Positions 29,996-39,733 are shown, counted from the first letter of the stretch. The stretch is 64,000 nucleotides of DNA from an uncultured Gemmatimonadales bacterium (GCA_963742755.1 CAVUMU010000010.1:141263-205262), one strand, 5' to 3'. The notes: generated by a model not told the origin, from the letters alone. Numbers and translations: made by a program.

Positions 29996-30078
29996 GAATA
30001 CTCCGAGTGAGGCAGTCCGGCCGGCAGGCGGCCGGACGCTAAAGAGACCCGCGTGGCGGTCGACTATGCGCTAGCCGG

Positions 30079-30495
30079 CTACCACTCGAGCAGGCCGTCT
30101 TCCTCGAGAAAGGCCGCGACCAGGACCAGCGAAGGGAAACTCGGTGCCTCCTTGAAGACTCGCGCGGCATCCCGCAGCTCGGGGGAGGCATGCTGTCCGC
30201 TTCGCAGACGGAACTGCCGGTGGGTGATCGCCAGCTCGTTGAAGACCCGGCGGAGTGAGCTGGCTTCGCGCGTGGGGGCCGGTGGTTGGGTCGCTGAACC
30301 GGCGAGCAGTGCCGTTTTCGGCGGCCTGGCCTCCGATTTCACTGGCTTCGCGCGCTTGGCACGAGGACGGGAAGCACGGGCCCTCTGATCGAGCGCAAGG
30401 CCGACTTCGGCCACGCGCGCCTGGACTCGCTCGGCCAAAGGATGTATTGCGTTAGACGGCGTCGAGCCTGGCTGAGCCGGTTTCTTTTTGGGCAT
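30079..30495 (-). CDS. Hypothetical protein
   Basis: AGGA before ATG; basic N-terminus, helical C-terminus. Confidence 0.65.
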   Translation of the reverse strand: MPKKKPAQPGSTPSNAIHPLAERVQARVAEVGLALDQRARASRPRAKRAKPVKSEARPPKTALLAGSATQPPAPTREASSLRRVFNELAITHRQFRLRSGQHASPELRDAARVFKEAPSFPSLVLVAAFLEEDGLLEW

Positions 30496-30622
30496 GAGGT
30501 CCTACCAGAGAGGGGGCTGCCACGTCGAGAATGAAGCGGAAGCATCTGAAACTTAACCTCATCGACCCCATTACATCAGTGCGTCGAGGCAACTCGCTGC
30601 TGTGCCGCGCTATGCAGCCTCC

Positions 30623-31081
30623 TCATCTGCCTCGAAGCAACCGGGTCAAGGCCCGATCCAGAGCGGCGGCAAACGCCTGCTTCGCTCTGGCGTCGTAGGG
30701 CGGAGGACCACCGGTCACCGCGCCTGCCAGCCGCGCGCGATCCATGAAGTCACGGATGGAGAGCCGCTCCCCGATCGTCTCCGCGGTGTGTTCCTCCCCA
30801 CGCGGATCCAGAACCACCACGTTCCGGGGCACCAGCAGTGCGGCGAGCGGAATGTCCTGCGTCACGACCAGGTCGCCAGGTTCGGCGTGCTCGGCGATGT
30901 ATTGGTCCGCGATGTCAGGGCCACCATCCACGCGTACGGCGGTGACGAGCGGATTTCCCGGCGGAGGCTCCAACCGCTGATTTGCCACCAGGATAGCCGC
31001 GACTGCGAGACGCTTTGCCGAGCGAAACACGAGCTCCTTCACGTCCCGCGGTGCGGCATCGGCGTCTATCCAGATTTTCAG
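30623..31081 (-). CDS. YaiI/YqxD (DUF188) family protein, probable CTG start
   Basis: Frame extends upstream of GTG 31042 as (L)KIWIDADAAPRDVK; ADQYI, VTQDIPLA, GGPPPY. Confidence 0.9.
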   Translation of the reverse strand: MKIWIDADAAPRDVKELVFRSAKRLAVAAILVANQRLEPPPGNPLVTAVRVDGGPDIADQYIAEHAEPGDLVVTQDIPLAALLVPRNVVVLDPRGEEHTAETIGERLSIRDFMDRARLAGAVTGGPPPYDARAKQAFAAALDRALTRLLRGR

Positions 31082-31083
31082 GG

Positions 31084-31617
31084 TTACCTCACGGGGCGAC
31101 TCATGCGGGCGACCGGGATCTCCACGCCACCCGGAAGATGCAGCTGGAAGCGCTCAGTCACCGTGAAGCCGAGTGCCTGATAGAGGGGCTCGCCGGGCAG
31201 GGTGGCAACCAGCGTCAAAGTGTGGAACCCCGCAACGGCGGCGGCAGTCCGGCACTCCTCGAACAACCGGCGCCCTATCCCCTGGCGCGCCATGGCCGGA
31301 TCCACGAAGAAGGCCCGGATTCGGGCCGGCTCGGCCTGGGGGTCCAGCAGCGGGTCCTCCCGCTCTTTCATCTGATCGCCGCCAAAGAGCGTCCGCCGGC
31401 GGCTCCACCCGCCGGCCCCCACCAGCCGCCCGTCCCGCTCAGCCACCAGGTAAGTACGATCGTCGATCAACTGAGTATCGGTGCCGAACACAAAGCGGAG
31501 AAGACTCTCGACCTGCGCGGGGGTGTAGTACCCGTCACTGAGGATGCGGGCTGACCGGGCGATCAGCTCGTCGATCATCGGGAGGTCGGCCCTTGTGGCT
31601 GGTCGAACTTGAACCAC
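31084..31617 (-). CDS. GNAT family N-acetyltransferase
   Basis: IRAFFVDPAMARQGIG, ATLPGEPLYQALGF. Confidence 0.9.
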   Translation of the reverse strand: MVQVRPATRADLPMIDELIARSARILSDGYYTPAQVESLLRFVFGTDTQLIDDRTYLVAERDGRLVGAGGWSRRRTLFGGDQMKEREDPLLDPQAEPARIRAFFVDPAMARQGIGRRLFEECRTAAAVAGFHTLTLVATLPGEPLYQALGFTVTERFQLHLPGGVEIPVARMSRPVR

Positions 31618-31636
31618 CGCGTTCGCCGGAAGTTCC

Positions 31637-31951
31637 TCAGGGCTCCACCGGCCGCAGCGCCTCCAACCGAGCGCCCAGGTCCCTCGGGCGGGTGCCGAGC
31701 AGGTCCCCGGTGACGCTGACATAGATCTCCGCGCCACCTCGACCGAACCCTGTCGCGGTGGGATAGGAGATCACCCAGGCGCGCGGCTTGGACGGGAGGC
31801 TTTTGATCCCGTCAAAGGCGAAACGGCTGGCAGGGGGACCCAGCGGGGTGGGACCCGGGCCTACCAGCTTCCCGGCAGTGAAGCGGGCGCCGGCGTAGGA
31901 CGCGCCGACGAGGGCTGCTCCGATAACGAGAAGCAGAAAGAGTGCTCTCAT
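31637..31951 (-). CDS. Hypothetical exported protein
   Basis: N-terminal hydrophobic segment; ATGA overlap with the TerB gene. Confidence 0.65.
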   Translation of the reverse strand: MRALFLLLVIGAALVGASYAGARFTAGKLVGPGPTPLGPPASRFAFDGIKSLPSKPRAWVISYPTATGFGRGGAEIYVSVTGDLLGTRPRDLGARLEALRPVEP

Positions 31952-32448
31952 GGGGTCTCCTGGGGATGGCCGTGGGACGGAGAACGGGGCGAGGAAGCTG
32001 CCCGCCGCGCTTCGGCCAGGTATGCGGGCTCCAGTTGCATCAGGCTGGCCATCTTCCGGACCAGGTGAGTCTCATGGTCGCTTAGCCGGCCATCCGCCAG
32101 GATGACGCCCCACATCACTTCGGCCAGGACCATCTTCTGGGCCAGGCTGTATTCTGTGGCGACCACCCGGGTGAACTGAAAGTGATCCAGCGCCTTGGCC
32201 CGCGCCGCCTCAGCCAGCCGGATCAGCTCTGCGCCCGACGCCGGATCGAGGCCGAAATGGCGCTGAAGAGTACCCTCGATGTGGCGCTGTTCCTCCGCGC
32301 TGAATTCGTTGTCCGCGTGGGCCAGCTCGAGCAGCAGCGCACAGGCCGCCAACTGGACCGAGTTGGACGAAGGCGTGCCGCCGGCTGCCGACCTGGGACC
32401 CTCGGCCCCGGGACGCCCGCGTATGAACCGGCGAATGGCGTCCAGCAT
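31948..32448 (-). CDS. TerB family protein
   Basis: ALLLELAHADNEFSAEE, ILADGRLSDHETHLVRK. Confidence 0.88.
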   Translation of the reverse strand: MLDAIRRFIRGRPGAEGPRSAAGGTPSSNSVQLAACALLLELAHADNEFSAEEQRHIEGTLQRHFGLDPASGAELIRLAEAARAKALDHFQFTRVVATEYSLAQKMVLAEVMWGVILADGRLSDHETHLVRKMASLMQLEPAYLAEARRAASSPRSPSHGHPQETP

Positions 32449-32459
32449 TCAGCCCCCGA

Positions 32460-32756
32460 TCACGGCAGCGGCACCTCGGCCGTCGGGCCCACCACGGTGT
32501 TCCACGGTCGGACTCGCCAGCCGGTGACAAGTCCGCGCTGGACGTAGGGGTCCGCCGCGGCAAAGGCACGCGCCACATCCGGCGTCTCTCCCCGGAACAA
32601 CAGCACCCCAGCGTCGGCCGGGTCGGCCAGCGCCCCGCCCAGTATCAGCTCACCCCGGTCGATGAACGGACGCGCGAACTCGAAATGAGCCGCGCGGAGC
32701 GGCTGGCGCCGGGTCAGGTAGTCGGGGACGTAGTCGTAGAACAGCAAATAGTGCAT
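32460..32756 (-). CDS. YciI family protein
   Basis: RQPLRAAH, GGALADP, DPYVQRGLV, VRPW. Confidence 0.92.
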   Translation of the reverse strand: MHYLLFYDYVPDYLTRRQPLRAAHFEFARPFIDRGELILGGALADPADAGVLLFRGETPDVARAFAAADPYVQRGLVTGWRVRPWNTVVGPTAEVPLP

Positions 32757-32777
32757 GCAACCTCGCCCATTCCACTG

Positions 32778-33374
32778 TCATGGCGCATCATCGGGCCTCG
32801 GCCGCAAAGGTATCCGGCCGTGGTGAACTACAGAAGGGCGAACCGCAGGCCGGCCGCTGCCCTCGGAAGCCAGCAGCCTGATTTCGGGTCCGTCCTCTGA
32901 CAGCCGGATCATGCGGTCGAAGCTCATGCCGATCTTTTCCAGGACTCGTTGGGAGCCCGTGTTGTCGTCATTTGTGATGGCCACGACCCGCCCGAGGCCG
33001 AGAACGGCTCTGGCGTAGTCCATGACGGCGGCAGCCGACTCGAAGGCATACCCTCGAGACCGGTACTGAGGTAGAAAGGCAAAGCCGATATCCACGTGGT
33101 CCAGAGCCTCGCGCTTCAACAGGCCGCAGATCCCCATGGAGCGTCCTGAGCCCTTGAGCTCGACCACCCACAGGCCGAACCCGTGCCGGGCGTAGCTCTC
33201 CAGTGGCCCGGTCAGGATGTAGTTGCGAGCATCATCGGAGGTCCGGACGCCCTTGTCGCCGACGAACCGGAGGAAGGCGGAGTCGTTCAGCAGCTCGACG
33301 ATGAAATCGGCATCGTCCAGCGACATCCTGCGCAGACTCAGCCGCTCGGTTTGAAGAACGATCACGGAGTCCAT
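32778..33374 (-). CDS. GNAT N-acetyltransferase (RimJ/RimL type)
   Basis: TERLSLR, GICGLLKR, DIGFAFLPQYRSRGYAFE, NTGSQRVLEKIG. Confidence 0.9.
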   Translation of the reverse strand: MDSVIVLQTERLSLRRMSLDDADFIVELLNDSAFLRFVGDKGVRTSDDARNYILTGPLESYARHGFGLWVVELKGSGRSMGICGLLKREALDHVDIGFAFLPQYRSRGYAFESAAAVMDYARAVLGLGRVVAITNDDNTGSQRVLEKIGMSFDRMIRLSEDGPEIRLLASEGSGRPAVRPSVVHHGRIPLRPRPDDAP

Positions 33375-33381
33375 CGGCCGT

Positions 33382-33651
33382 TTATCGAGGAGCGTCCAGC
33401 TCCACTTCGATCCCGCCGACGAGCCCGGCCACGAAATTGTAAACCGCGCAGCCAAGGGCGGTGAAGATGAAGCCGGCGACTCCATAGATGATGGGCAATG
33501 CAAGGGCGAGTCCGGGCCCGATTCCGGACTTGTCAGGCGAGAGCATCGAGGCGAGCAGGAGAAAGGGTACGAAGATCAGCCCCATAAGCGCGTAGAGCAC
33601 TCCGACCACCTTGGCTGTCTGACCCACGCCGAATCTCCGGATTTGTGCCAT
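33382..33651 (-). CDS. Small two-TM membrane protein (DUF3566-like)
   Basis: IRRFGVGQTAKV; YNFVAGLVGGIEVEL; GGAGGG RBS. Confidence 0.75.
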   Translation of the reverse strand: MAQIRRFGVGQTAKVVGVLYALMGLIFVPFLLLASMLSPDKSGIGPGLALALPIIYGVAGFIFTALGCAVYNFVAGLVGGIEVELDAPR

Positions 33652-33755
33652 GGTCCCTCCTGAGGGTGGTTGGTCATCCGGGTGGACGTGTCGGGAATCA
33701 CGGCCCGGGCCACAACGAGCTAAGATCTTAGCTGTCCCTTACCCGAGAGCGCCCT

Positions 33756-34121
33756 ATGCCGGCCGTCTTTCGCTCCCCCGCGCGTCTCCTGCTGCTTCTG
33801 ACTCTCGCCTGCGGCGGTGGCGGCGCGCCCAACCCCGCTCCCGATCCCGATTCCGGCGATCAGCCGAAGGTCCGGATCGATAATCGCGCCTCGCTCGACA
33901 TGGACGTCTATGCGGTGCGTAACGATGGGGAACGGATCCGGTTGGGCTTTGTCACCGGTGGCGAGAGAGCGGTGTTCGCCCTCCCAGCCACGGTGACCTC
34001 GGGAGCCACCACGATCCGCTTCGAGGCCCGACCGGTACGCCGCGGTGGAGAGCCGGTGGTCAGCGAGATATTTGGGGTCCACACCGGCGAAGAGATCGCC
34101 TGGTCGATCTCTCCCCAGTAG
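33756..34121 (+). CDS. Hypothetical lipoprotein
   Basis: LLLLTLAC lipobox; VRIDNRASLDMDVY..RLGFV. Confidence 0.8.
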   Translation: MPAVFRSPARLLLLLTLACGGGGAPNPAPDPDSGDQPKVRIDNRASLDMDVYAVRNDGERIRLGFVTGGERAVFALPATVTSGATTIRFEARPVRRGGEPVVSEIFGVHTGEEIAWSISPQ

Positions 34122-34132
34122 CCGGAGGCTCT

Positions 34133-34342
34133 GTGGCAACCCGTCTGGATAAGACCATCAAGCGCGAACTGGAGCTCGATGGAAAATTCTATACCGTGAG
34201 CCTGAGTCCCCGGGGCATAAAGGTCGTCCCCAAGGGGGGCCGCAAGGGCCATGAGGTCTCCTGGACCGAACTGCTGAGCGGCGAAGTGGAGCTGCGGCGC
34301 GACCTCAAGCTGTCGCTCCACATGTATGACGCACTAAGCTAG
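34133..34342 (+). CDS. Small hypothetical protein
   Basis: GGAGG RBS before GTG; MATRLDKTIKRELE. Confidence 0.75.
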   Translation: MATRLDKTIKRELELDGKFYTVSLSPRGIKVVPKGGRKGHEVSWTELLSGEVELRRDLKLSLHMYDALS

Positions 34343-34368
34343 GCCGACCGCGACGATTGGAATGTGAG

Positions 34369-34451
34369 TGCCCGGGGCGGGACTCGAACCCGCACGGGAT
34401 TGCTCCCAAGGGATTTTAAGTCCCTTGTGTATACCATTTCACCACCCGGGC
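34369..34451 (-). tRNA. tRNA-Leu(TAA), CCA not encoded
   Basis: GCCCGGG acceptor stem, AGGGA-CT-TAA-AA-TCCCT anticodon arm, long variable arm, GCGGG-TTCGAGT-CCCGC T arm, discriminator A. Confidence 0.97.
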
Positions 34452-34475
34452 AAAGCGGCAAGCAAATATATCGTC

Positions 34476-35663
34476 TTAATCGGGAATCGTCTCCCGTCGC
34501 ACCCCGCGCGACGCGCGGGTGCTCCAGGTGACCGGCAGCCGCCGGTACCGTTTCTCGAAGTCGCGCCCGATCTCGGCCACGACCCTGGCCTCCCGTTCCG
34601 GCGCCACCACCACCACCACTGCCCCACCCCACCCCGCTCCCGTGAGCCTGGCCCCATAGGCACCGTGCTCCACCGCCGAGGCCACGATGAAATCCGCCTC
34701 CGGAATAGTGGATTGGTAGTCGGCCCGCAGAGACGCGTGGCCTTCGACCAGCAGCCGACCCAAAGTAGACAGCTCACCCGCTGCCAGCGCGTCCGCCGCG
34801 CTCCTGGTGCGCGCCGTCTCCGTCACGACGTGACGCACCCGAGGGACCAGGGGTGGCGGCAACCGGCGTCCGACCTCCGGAAGATCGCCGGGAGACAGCT
34901 GGGCCAGGTGCACGAGTCCGGGACGCCACTCGCGACAGAAGGCCAGCGCTTCCTCGCACTCACGCCGCCGCTCGTTGAGCGCGCCCCCCGTGAGCCGATG
35001 GGAGACTCCCGTCTCCACGATCCAGAGACGGCCGGGGAATGGAACCGGTCGATGCAGGCCGCTGGCGGTATCGAAGAAGAGCGCCGACCCGTGTTGCGCG
35101 TGCGCGGCGATGGTCTGATCCATCCGGCCGCAGCGGACGCCAACCTGGTGATACTCCGCCCGAAACGCCACCTCGACCAGGGCCGCCGGCGACAGTCGCT
35201 TCCCGGCCAGCAGGCTCAGCCCCTTGGCGGTGGCCACTGTGAGCGCGGCCGACGATGACAGTCCGGCACCGAGCGGAAGATTGGTGCTGAACGCCAGCTC
35301 TGCCCCGGATGGCGCGGCCCCGAGCGATCGGAGCTCCCGCACCACGCCCACGATGTAATCGGTCCACGCACGCCGCATCGGTGCGTCGATATCGATCGCA
35401 TGGACTTCGCCTTCCGTGTCCGAGATGAAGTCCCATCGGTGGGCCGCCCGGCCCGCCACCGCGGTACGCCGCTCCAGCGCCACCGGCAGGACCGGACCGC
35501 CGTTATAATCGGTGTGCTCCCCAATGAGATTCACCCGCCCGGGCGCCGATGCCGCCACCGTGGGCCGGGTAGCAAAGGTCGAAGTAAACAGCGAAGTTGC
35601 GACCCTCGCTGGCGACAGGCGGGTCAGCCTGGAAGGCTTTTCTCGGGAGGTACTGTGGGGCAT
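34476..35663 (-). CDS. galK: Galactokinase
   Basis: APGRVNLIGEHTDYNGG, PLGAGLSSSAA, CGRMDQ, GARLTGAGWGG; exact start uncertain. Confidence 0.93.
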   Translation of the reverse strand: MPHSTSREKPSRLTRLSPARVATSLFTSTFATRPTVAASAPGRVNLIGEHTDYNGGPVLPVALERRTAVAGRAAHRWDFISDTEGEVHAIDIDAPMRRAWTDYIVGVVRELRSLGAAPSGAELAFSTNLPLGAGLSSSAALTVATAKGLSLLAGKRLSPAALVEVAFRAEYHQVGVRCGRMDQTIAAHAQHGSALFFDTASGLHRPVPFPGRLWIVETGVSHRLTGGALNERRRECEEALAFCREWRPGLVHLAQLSPGDLPEVGRRLPPPLVPRVRHVVTETARTRSAADALAAGELSTLGRLLVEGHASLRADYQSTIPEADFIVASAVEHGAYGARLTGAGWGGAVVVVVAPEREARVVAEIGRDFEKRYRRLPVTWSTRASRGVRRETIPD

Positions 35664-35666
35664 TGT

Positions 35667-37187
35667 GTGCGGCGCCTCGGAATTGTCGCCTGCCTGGTGA
35701 TACCACCGCGGGTGTGGGCCCAGCTGCCACCAGTCGGCGTGCCGGCCGGCACCGTTAGAATCGAGCTCGACGGGTCGCTGGAGACCTTCGATCGGCGCTT
35801 CCGAAACGGCGAGCGGGAGCCCTACGGCGCCGACCTGACCAGCTCTGCCCTGGGCAGCGATCGGATCCCTGGCCTGGCCGAGGCCGATGCCCGGATCGCC
35901 CGGATCATCGGCAACCCGAGCTACGGCCTCAATCTAGGCGCCTTGAGCGCCGATGTGCTGGGCGATATCGGCCGGGGAGGGTTTGGGCTCGGGCTCGGTC
36001 TGACCAATCAAATCACGATCTTCGGACGGATACCGCTGGTGCGCACCCGGGTGCAATCCCGCCTGGCGCTCAACTCCGCCAGTGCCGATGCCGGCCTGAA
36101 TCCCGACGCGACGGGGCAGCTTCTCTTCTTTGAGGAGTTCGATGCGGCGCTGGCTACGCTGAGCAGTAAGCTCGCCGCCGGCGACTATGACGCGAATCCG
36201 ACGCAGCGCGCGCTGGCTGAAGCGACGCTCGCGGATGGCACCGCGTTGCGGTTAGACCTGTTTGGGTTGCTGGCCGATCCCGTCACGGCATCGCCGGTCG
36301 TTCCTACCGCAACCAGCACTACCGGGGCCGCAGTGCTGACCCGTATAGAGGGCCTTCAGAACACCCTGGTCTCGAGTCTGGCCGTCCCTGGGTTTGCCAC
36401 CGACCCCGTGCTCCCCCCGAATCCCTTGAGCGACGACGGGCTGAGGCAAGTGCTCTCCAGTGGACTTGGTCTTCGGGCCGGGGAGTCCAGCGTCACCTTT
36501 CGGGGCGACGCGGAAGCCGGTGCCGCGATCACGTTATTCGATCGCTGGGACCGCGGCACCGGACGCGGCGGGTTCCGTGCCGCCGTATCGGGACTGCTCC
36601 GGTTCCCCACCGGAGTCCGCGAGCGGAGCGATCAGCCGCTCGACATCGGCACGGGCGATGGCCAGACCGACATCCAGGTGGATGTCGTCACCGACCTCGG
36701 TGCCGGCGCCTTCGGCGCACGGCTGGCGGGCAGTTATGTGCGACAGCTGCCAGCCAATGTTCTCGCGCGGGTAGCCCCACCCGGCCAGCCATTTGTTGGG
36801 CCCGACCGTCTGGCGCTGGTACGGCAAAACCCGGGTGATATCATCTCGATCGACGTCCGGCCGTTCTTTCGTCTGGCGCGGACACTCGCGCTCCAGGCGG
36901 GAGTGCAGTACTGGAGCCGGACGGCAGACCAGGTGACCTACGCGTCTCCGTCGGACGCGTTGCCTGGCATCGACGCGGGCGTGCTCGCCGAGGAGACGGC
37001 GGCCAACGCGGCGCTGCTGTCGGCCGGCATCACATACTCCAACCCCGGACGATTTACGCCGGGAGGCACCGGGTTGCCGGTGGATGCGAGCTGGAGTTAC
37101 GAGCGGATCGTGCGATCGAAGAAGGGCCGGGTGCCGGACACGCATCGGGTCCAGGCCAGGCTGAGGTTGTATTTCGGATTGTGGTGA
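35667..37187 (+). CDS. Exported hypothetical protein, probably an outer-membrane beta-barrel
   Basis: Signal peptide ending VWA-Q; GLLRFPTG..DIGTGDGQTDI motif; C-terminal RLRLYFGLW; GTG start assumed. Confidence 0.75.
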   Translation: MRRLGIVACLVIPPRVWAQLPPVGVPAGTVRIELDGSLETFDRRFRNGEREPYGADLTSSALGSDRIPGLAEADARIARIIGNPSYGLNLGALSADVLGDIGRGGFGLGLGLTNQITIFGRIPLVRTRVQSRLALNSASADAGLNPDATGQLLFFEEFDAALATLSSKLAAGDYDANPTQRALAEATLADGTALRLDLFGLLADPVTASPVVPTATSTTGAAVLTRIEGLQNTLVSSLAVPGFATDPVLPPNPLSDDGLRQVLSSGLGLRAGESSVTFRGDAEAGAAITLFDRWDRGTGRGGFRAAVSGLLRFPTGVRERSDQPLDIGTGDGQTDIQVDVVTDLGAGAFGARLAGSYVRQLPANVLARVAPPGQPFVGPDRLALVRQNPGDIISIDVRPFFRLARTLALQAGVQYWSRTADQVTYASPSDALPGIDAGVLAEETAANAALLSAGITYSNPGRFTPGGTGLPVDASWSYERIVRSKKGRVPDTHRVQARLRLYFGLW

Positions 37188-37190
37188 CGG

Positions 37191-38864
37191 CTAGCGGCGT
37201 TTAGCCACAGCCGGAGTTCGCAACAACGCCTGCGCATGCCGTCGGGCAGCATCCCCCTCCGTGTCGCCCAGCATCCTCGCGATTTCGTTCACCCGGTCCT
37301 CTCCATGCAGCACCTGCACGTCGCTGGTCGCGATCCCTGCACGGGCCTGCTTCGAGACCACCAGATGCCCGTCCGCCCGGGCAGCGATCTGCGGCAGGTG
37401 GGTGATCACGAGTACCTGATGCCGGTCGGCCACCTCGGCCAGCGCCGAGCCCACCTGTGCCCCGGTTTCTCCTCCGATACCCTGATCGACCTCGTCGAAG
37501 ACCAGCGTGGCGATGGCGTCGTGCTTGACCAGTACCACCTTCAAGGCCAGCATCAGGCGCGAGAGCTCGCCGCCCGAGGCAACCTTGGCGAGCGGCTTGG
37601 CCTCGAGCCCGAGGTTGAGCTGCACGTTCAGCTGTACGCTCTCCTGTCCATGGGCCCCAGGTTCCGGTAGCGAGACCAGGCCCACCGACAATTTCCCGCC
37701 GGGCAGGCCCAGCTGCGGCAGCAGCCGGTTGACGCCGCGGACCAGGCGATCCGACGCTTCACGGCGCCGGATGCTGAGTGCATCGGAGGCGGTGCGCAGC
37801 GCTCCTTCCGCGGCCGCTCGCCGGGCAGCAAGACCGCGGAGATCGGTGTCGGCCGTATCCAGGAGATCCAGCTCTTCCGCAGCCTGGTCCCGCGTGGCGA
37901 GGACGTCGGGTAGCGTCGCGCCGTATTTCCCCGTGAGACGGGAGAGCAGGTCCCGCCGACGCTCCACCTGTGCCAGCCGCTCGGGATCCTCTTGCACTGA
38001 ACCCGCGTAATCGCCGGCCAGCCGGGCCAGCTCGGAGAGATTGGCATAGCCGGCATCGAGCATCTCGCGCCAAGTGCCCACGCTGGGATCGAGCCTCTCC
38101 AAGCCGGTAAGAGCCCGGTCGGCAACGCCGAGCGCTCCCAGCGCATTCCCCGCCTCGCCCTCGAGCGCTTCCACGATCCGCTGGGCCTGCTCCACCAGCG
38201 TGCCGGCCTGGCTCAGGCGCCGGGACTCGACGTGCAGCGTCTCATCCTCTCCCGGCTTGATCCTGGCCGCATCGATCTCGGTCACCACGTGCCGGAGATA
38301 GTCGGCCCGGCGACGCACCTCGTCCCTGCGGGCCGCAAGACCCGATTCCTCGTCCCGAAGCCGGGCGACAGCCGCATGGGCCCCGGCCACCGCGGCCCGG
38401 TCCGGCTCGGCGTGGGCAAAGGCATCCAGGATCTCCCGTTGCGCTTCGGGGTGCAGCAATGACTGGGTCTCATGCTGGCCGTGGAGGTCAACCAGCAGGG
38501 CCCCGAGCTGTGCCAGCACGGCGGCGGTGGTGGGGCTTCCGTTCACCCAGGCGCGGGAGCGGCCCTCGGAGGAAACCTCCCGTCGGACCACGGCGCGACC
38601 ATCGTCCACGTCGAGCCCGAGGTCTTCGATCCGGTGGCGGGTGGGCCCGTCGATTCCCTCGAAGGCGCCCTCGACCACCGACTTGGCGGCGCCGGGACGC
38701 ACGCTGCCTCCCGCGGCGCGCTCACCCAGCAGCAGTGAAAGGGCGTCGATCAGCATCGACTTGCCGGCGCCGGTCTCGCCGGTGAGCACGTTGAGCCCCG
38801 GGCCAAGCTGGAGGGTGACGTCGGCGATGGTGGCGAGGTCTCGAACGCGGAGTTCGGTCAGCAT
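37191..38864 (-). CDS. recN: DNA repair protein RecN
   Basis: LTGETGAGKS, LHGQHE, ASGGELSR, FDEVD, ITHLPQIA. Confidence 0.96.
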   Translation of the reverse strand: MLTELRVRDLATIADVTLQLGPGLNVLTGETGAGKSMLIDALSLLLGERAAGGSVRPGAAKSVVEGAFEGIDGPTRHRIEDLGLDVDDGRAVVRREVSSEGRSRAWVNGSPTTAAVLAQLGALLVDLHGQHETQSLLHPEAQREILDAFAHAEPDRAAVAGAHAAVARLRDEESGLAARRDEVRRRADYLRHVVTEIDAARIKPGEDETLHVESRRLSQAGTLVEQAQRIVEALEGEAGNALGALGVADRALTGLERLDPSVGTWREMLDAGYANLSELARLAGDYAGSVQEDPERLAQVERRRDLLSRLTGKYGATLPDVLATRDQAAEELDLLDTADTDLRGLAARRAAAEGALRTASDALSIRRREASDRLVRGVNRLLPQLGLPGGKLSVGLVSLPEPGAHGQESVQLNVQLNLGLEAKPLAKVASGGELSRLMLALKVVLVKHDAIATLVFDEVDQGIGGETGAQVGSALAEVADRHQVLVITHLPQIAARADGHLVVSKQARAGIATSDVQVLHGEDRVNEIARMLGDTEGDAARRHAQALLRTPAVAKRR

Positions 38865-39733
38865 TACGGCCCCGACTGCCTCCCAGACAGATCGCCCCAG
38901 TGCAGTTTCTGCCGCATCCGTCCGATGAAGCCATCGCCACCCAGACGGATGAGGCACACCCGATGATCGGCGCGGCACACATCCACCGACTCGCCCGGCG
39001 CCAGTGTGGTGCCGGTCTGACCATCGAACGAGACCAGCAGATCGTCCGACCAACCGGCTATCGGCTCGATCACGATCCGGTAGGTGGCGGGAACGACCAG
39101 CGGCCGGACCGCCAGGGTATGAGCCGCGATGGGGGTGACGATGATGGCCTCGACGCCGGGCACGACGATGGGGCCGCCGGCGCTCAAGCTGTAGGCGGTG
39201 GACCCGGTGGGAGTGGCCACGATGATCCCGTCGGCGCTGTAGGGCCCGACGTTGTCGCCCTGGATGAACACGTTGACCCGGATGACCCGGGCCACGCCGC
39301 CCTTATGGACCGTGACATCGTTCATGGCCATCTGGGTCGAGCGAGTCTCGCCCTCCGCGTCACGGATGGCGGCCCGAAGCGCCTGGCGTCGCTCGATCTC
39401 GAACTTCCCCGTGACCAGCGATTCCAGCGCCGCGTCCAGCGATTCACGTGTCGCCGTCGTCAGGAACCCGACCCGCCCGAGGTTCACGCCCAGGATCGGC
39501 GTTTCCCGGCCGCCGAGGAGGCGGGCTCCTCGTAGCAAGGTGCCATCACCGCCGAACGTAATCAGCGCGTCGAGGGTCACCGACTCGAAGGTAGGGACCT
39601 CCCGGTTCCAGAACGACTCGAGCCGTGGCTCGCTATAGAGCGTGATCCCGCGATATGGCGCGGCCAGAGCCACCTGCTCCAACACGCCCTTGAGATCCCC
39701 GTATCGGGGGTTGCCGACGACGCCGACCTTCAT
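38864..39733 (-). CDS. nadK: NAD(+) kinase
   Basis: GGDGTLL, GVNLGRVGFL, ADGIIVATPTGSTAYSLSAGGP. Confidence 0.96.
   Translation of the reverse strand: MKVGVVGNPRYGDLKGVLEQVALAAPYRGITLYSEPRLESFWNREVPTFESVTLDALITFGGDGTLLRGARLLGGRETPILGVNLGRVGFLTTATRESLDAALESLVTGKFEIERRQALRAAIRDAEGETRSTQMAMNDVTVHKGGVARVIRVNVFIQGDNVGPYSADGIIVATPTGSTAYSLSAGGPIVVPGVEAIIVTPIAAHTLAVRPLVVPATYRIVIEPIAGWSDDLLVSFDGQTGTTLAPGESVDVCRADHRVCLIRLGGDGFIGRMRQKLHWGDLSGRQSGP

Noticed and set aside
32778..32870. Extra C-terminal domain on the RimJ-type GNAT
   Set aside because: About 30 low-information residues, most simply a shifted stop codon
14000..34368. Integron cassette array or prophage
   Set aside because: No attC-like repeated palindromes, integrase or phage structural genes seen; many genes overlap by 4 nt, leaving no room for attC sites
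34369..34451. bldA-like translational control by tRNA-Leu(TAA)
   Set aside because: TTA is rare in any high-GC genome and nothing in the sequence shows regulated expression or functional clustering of TTA codons
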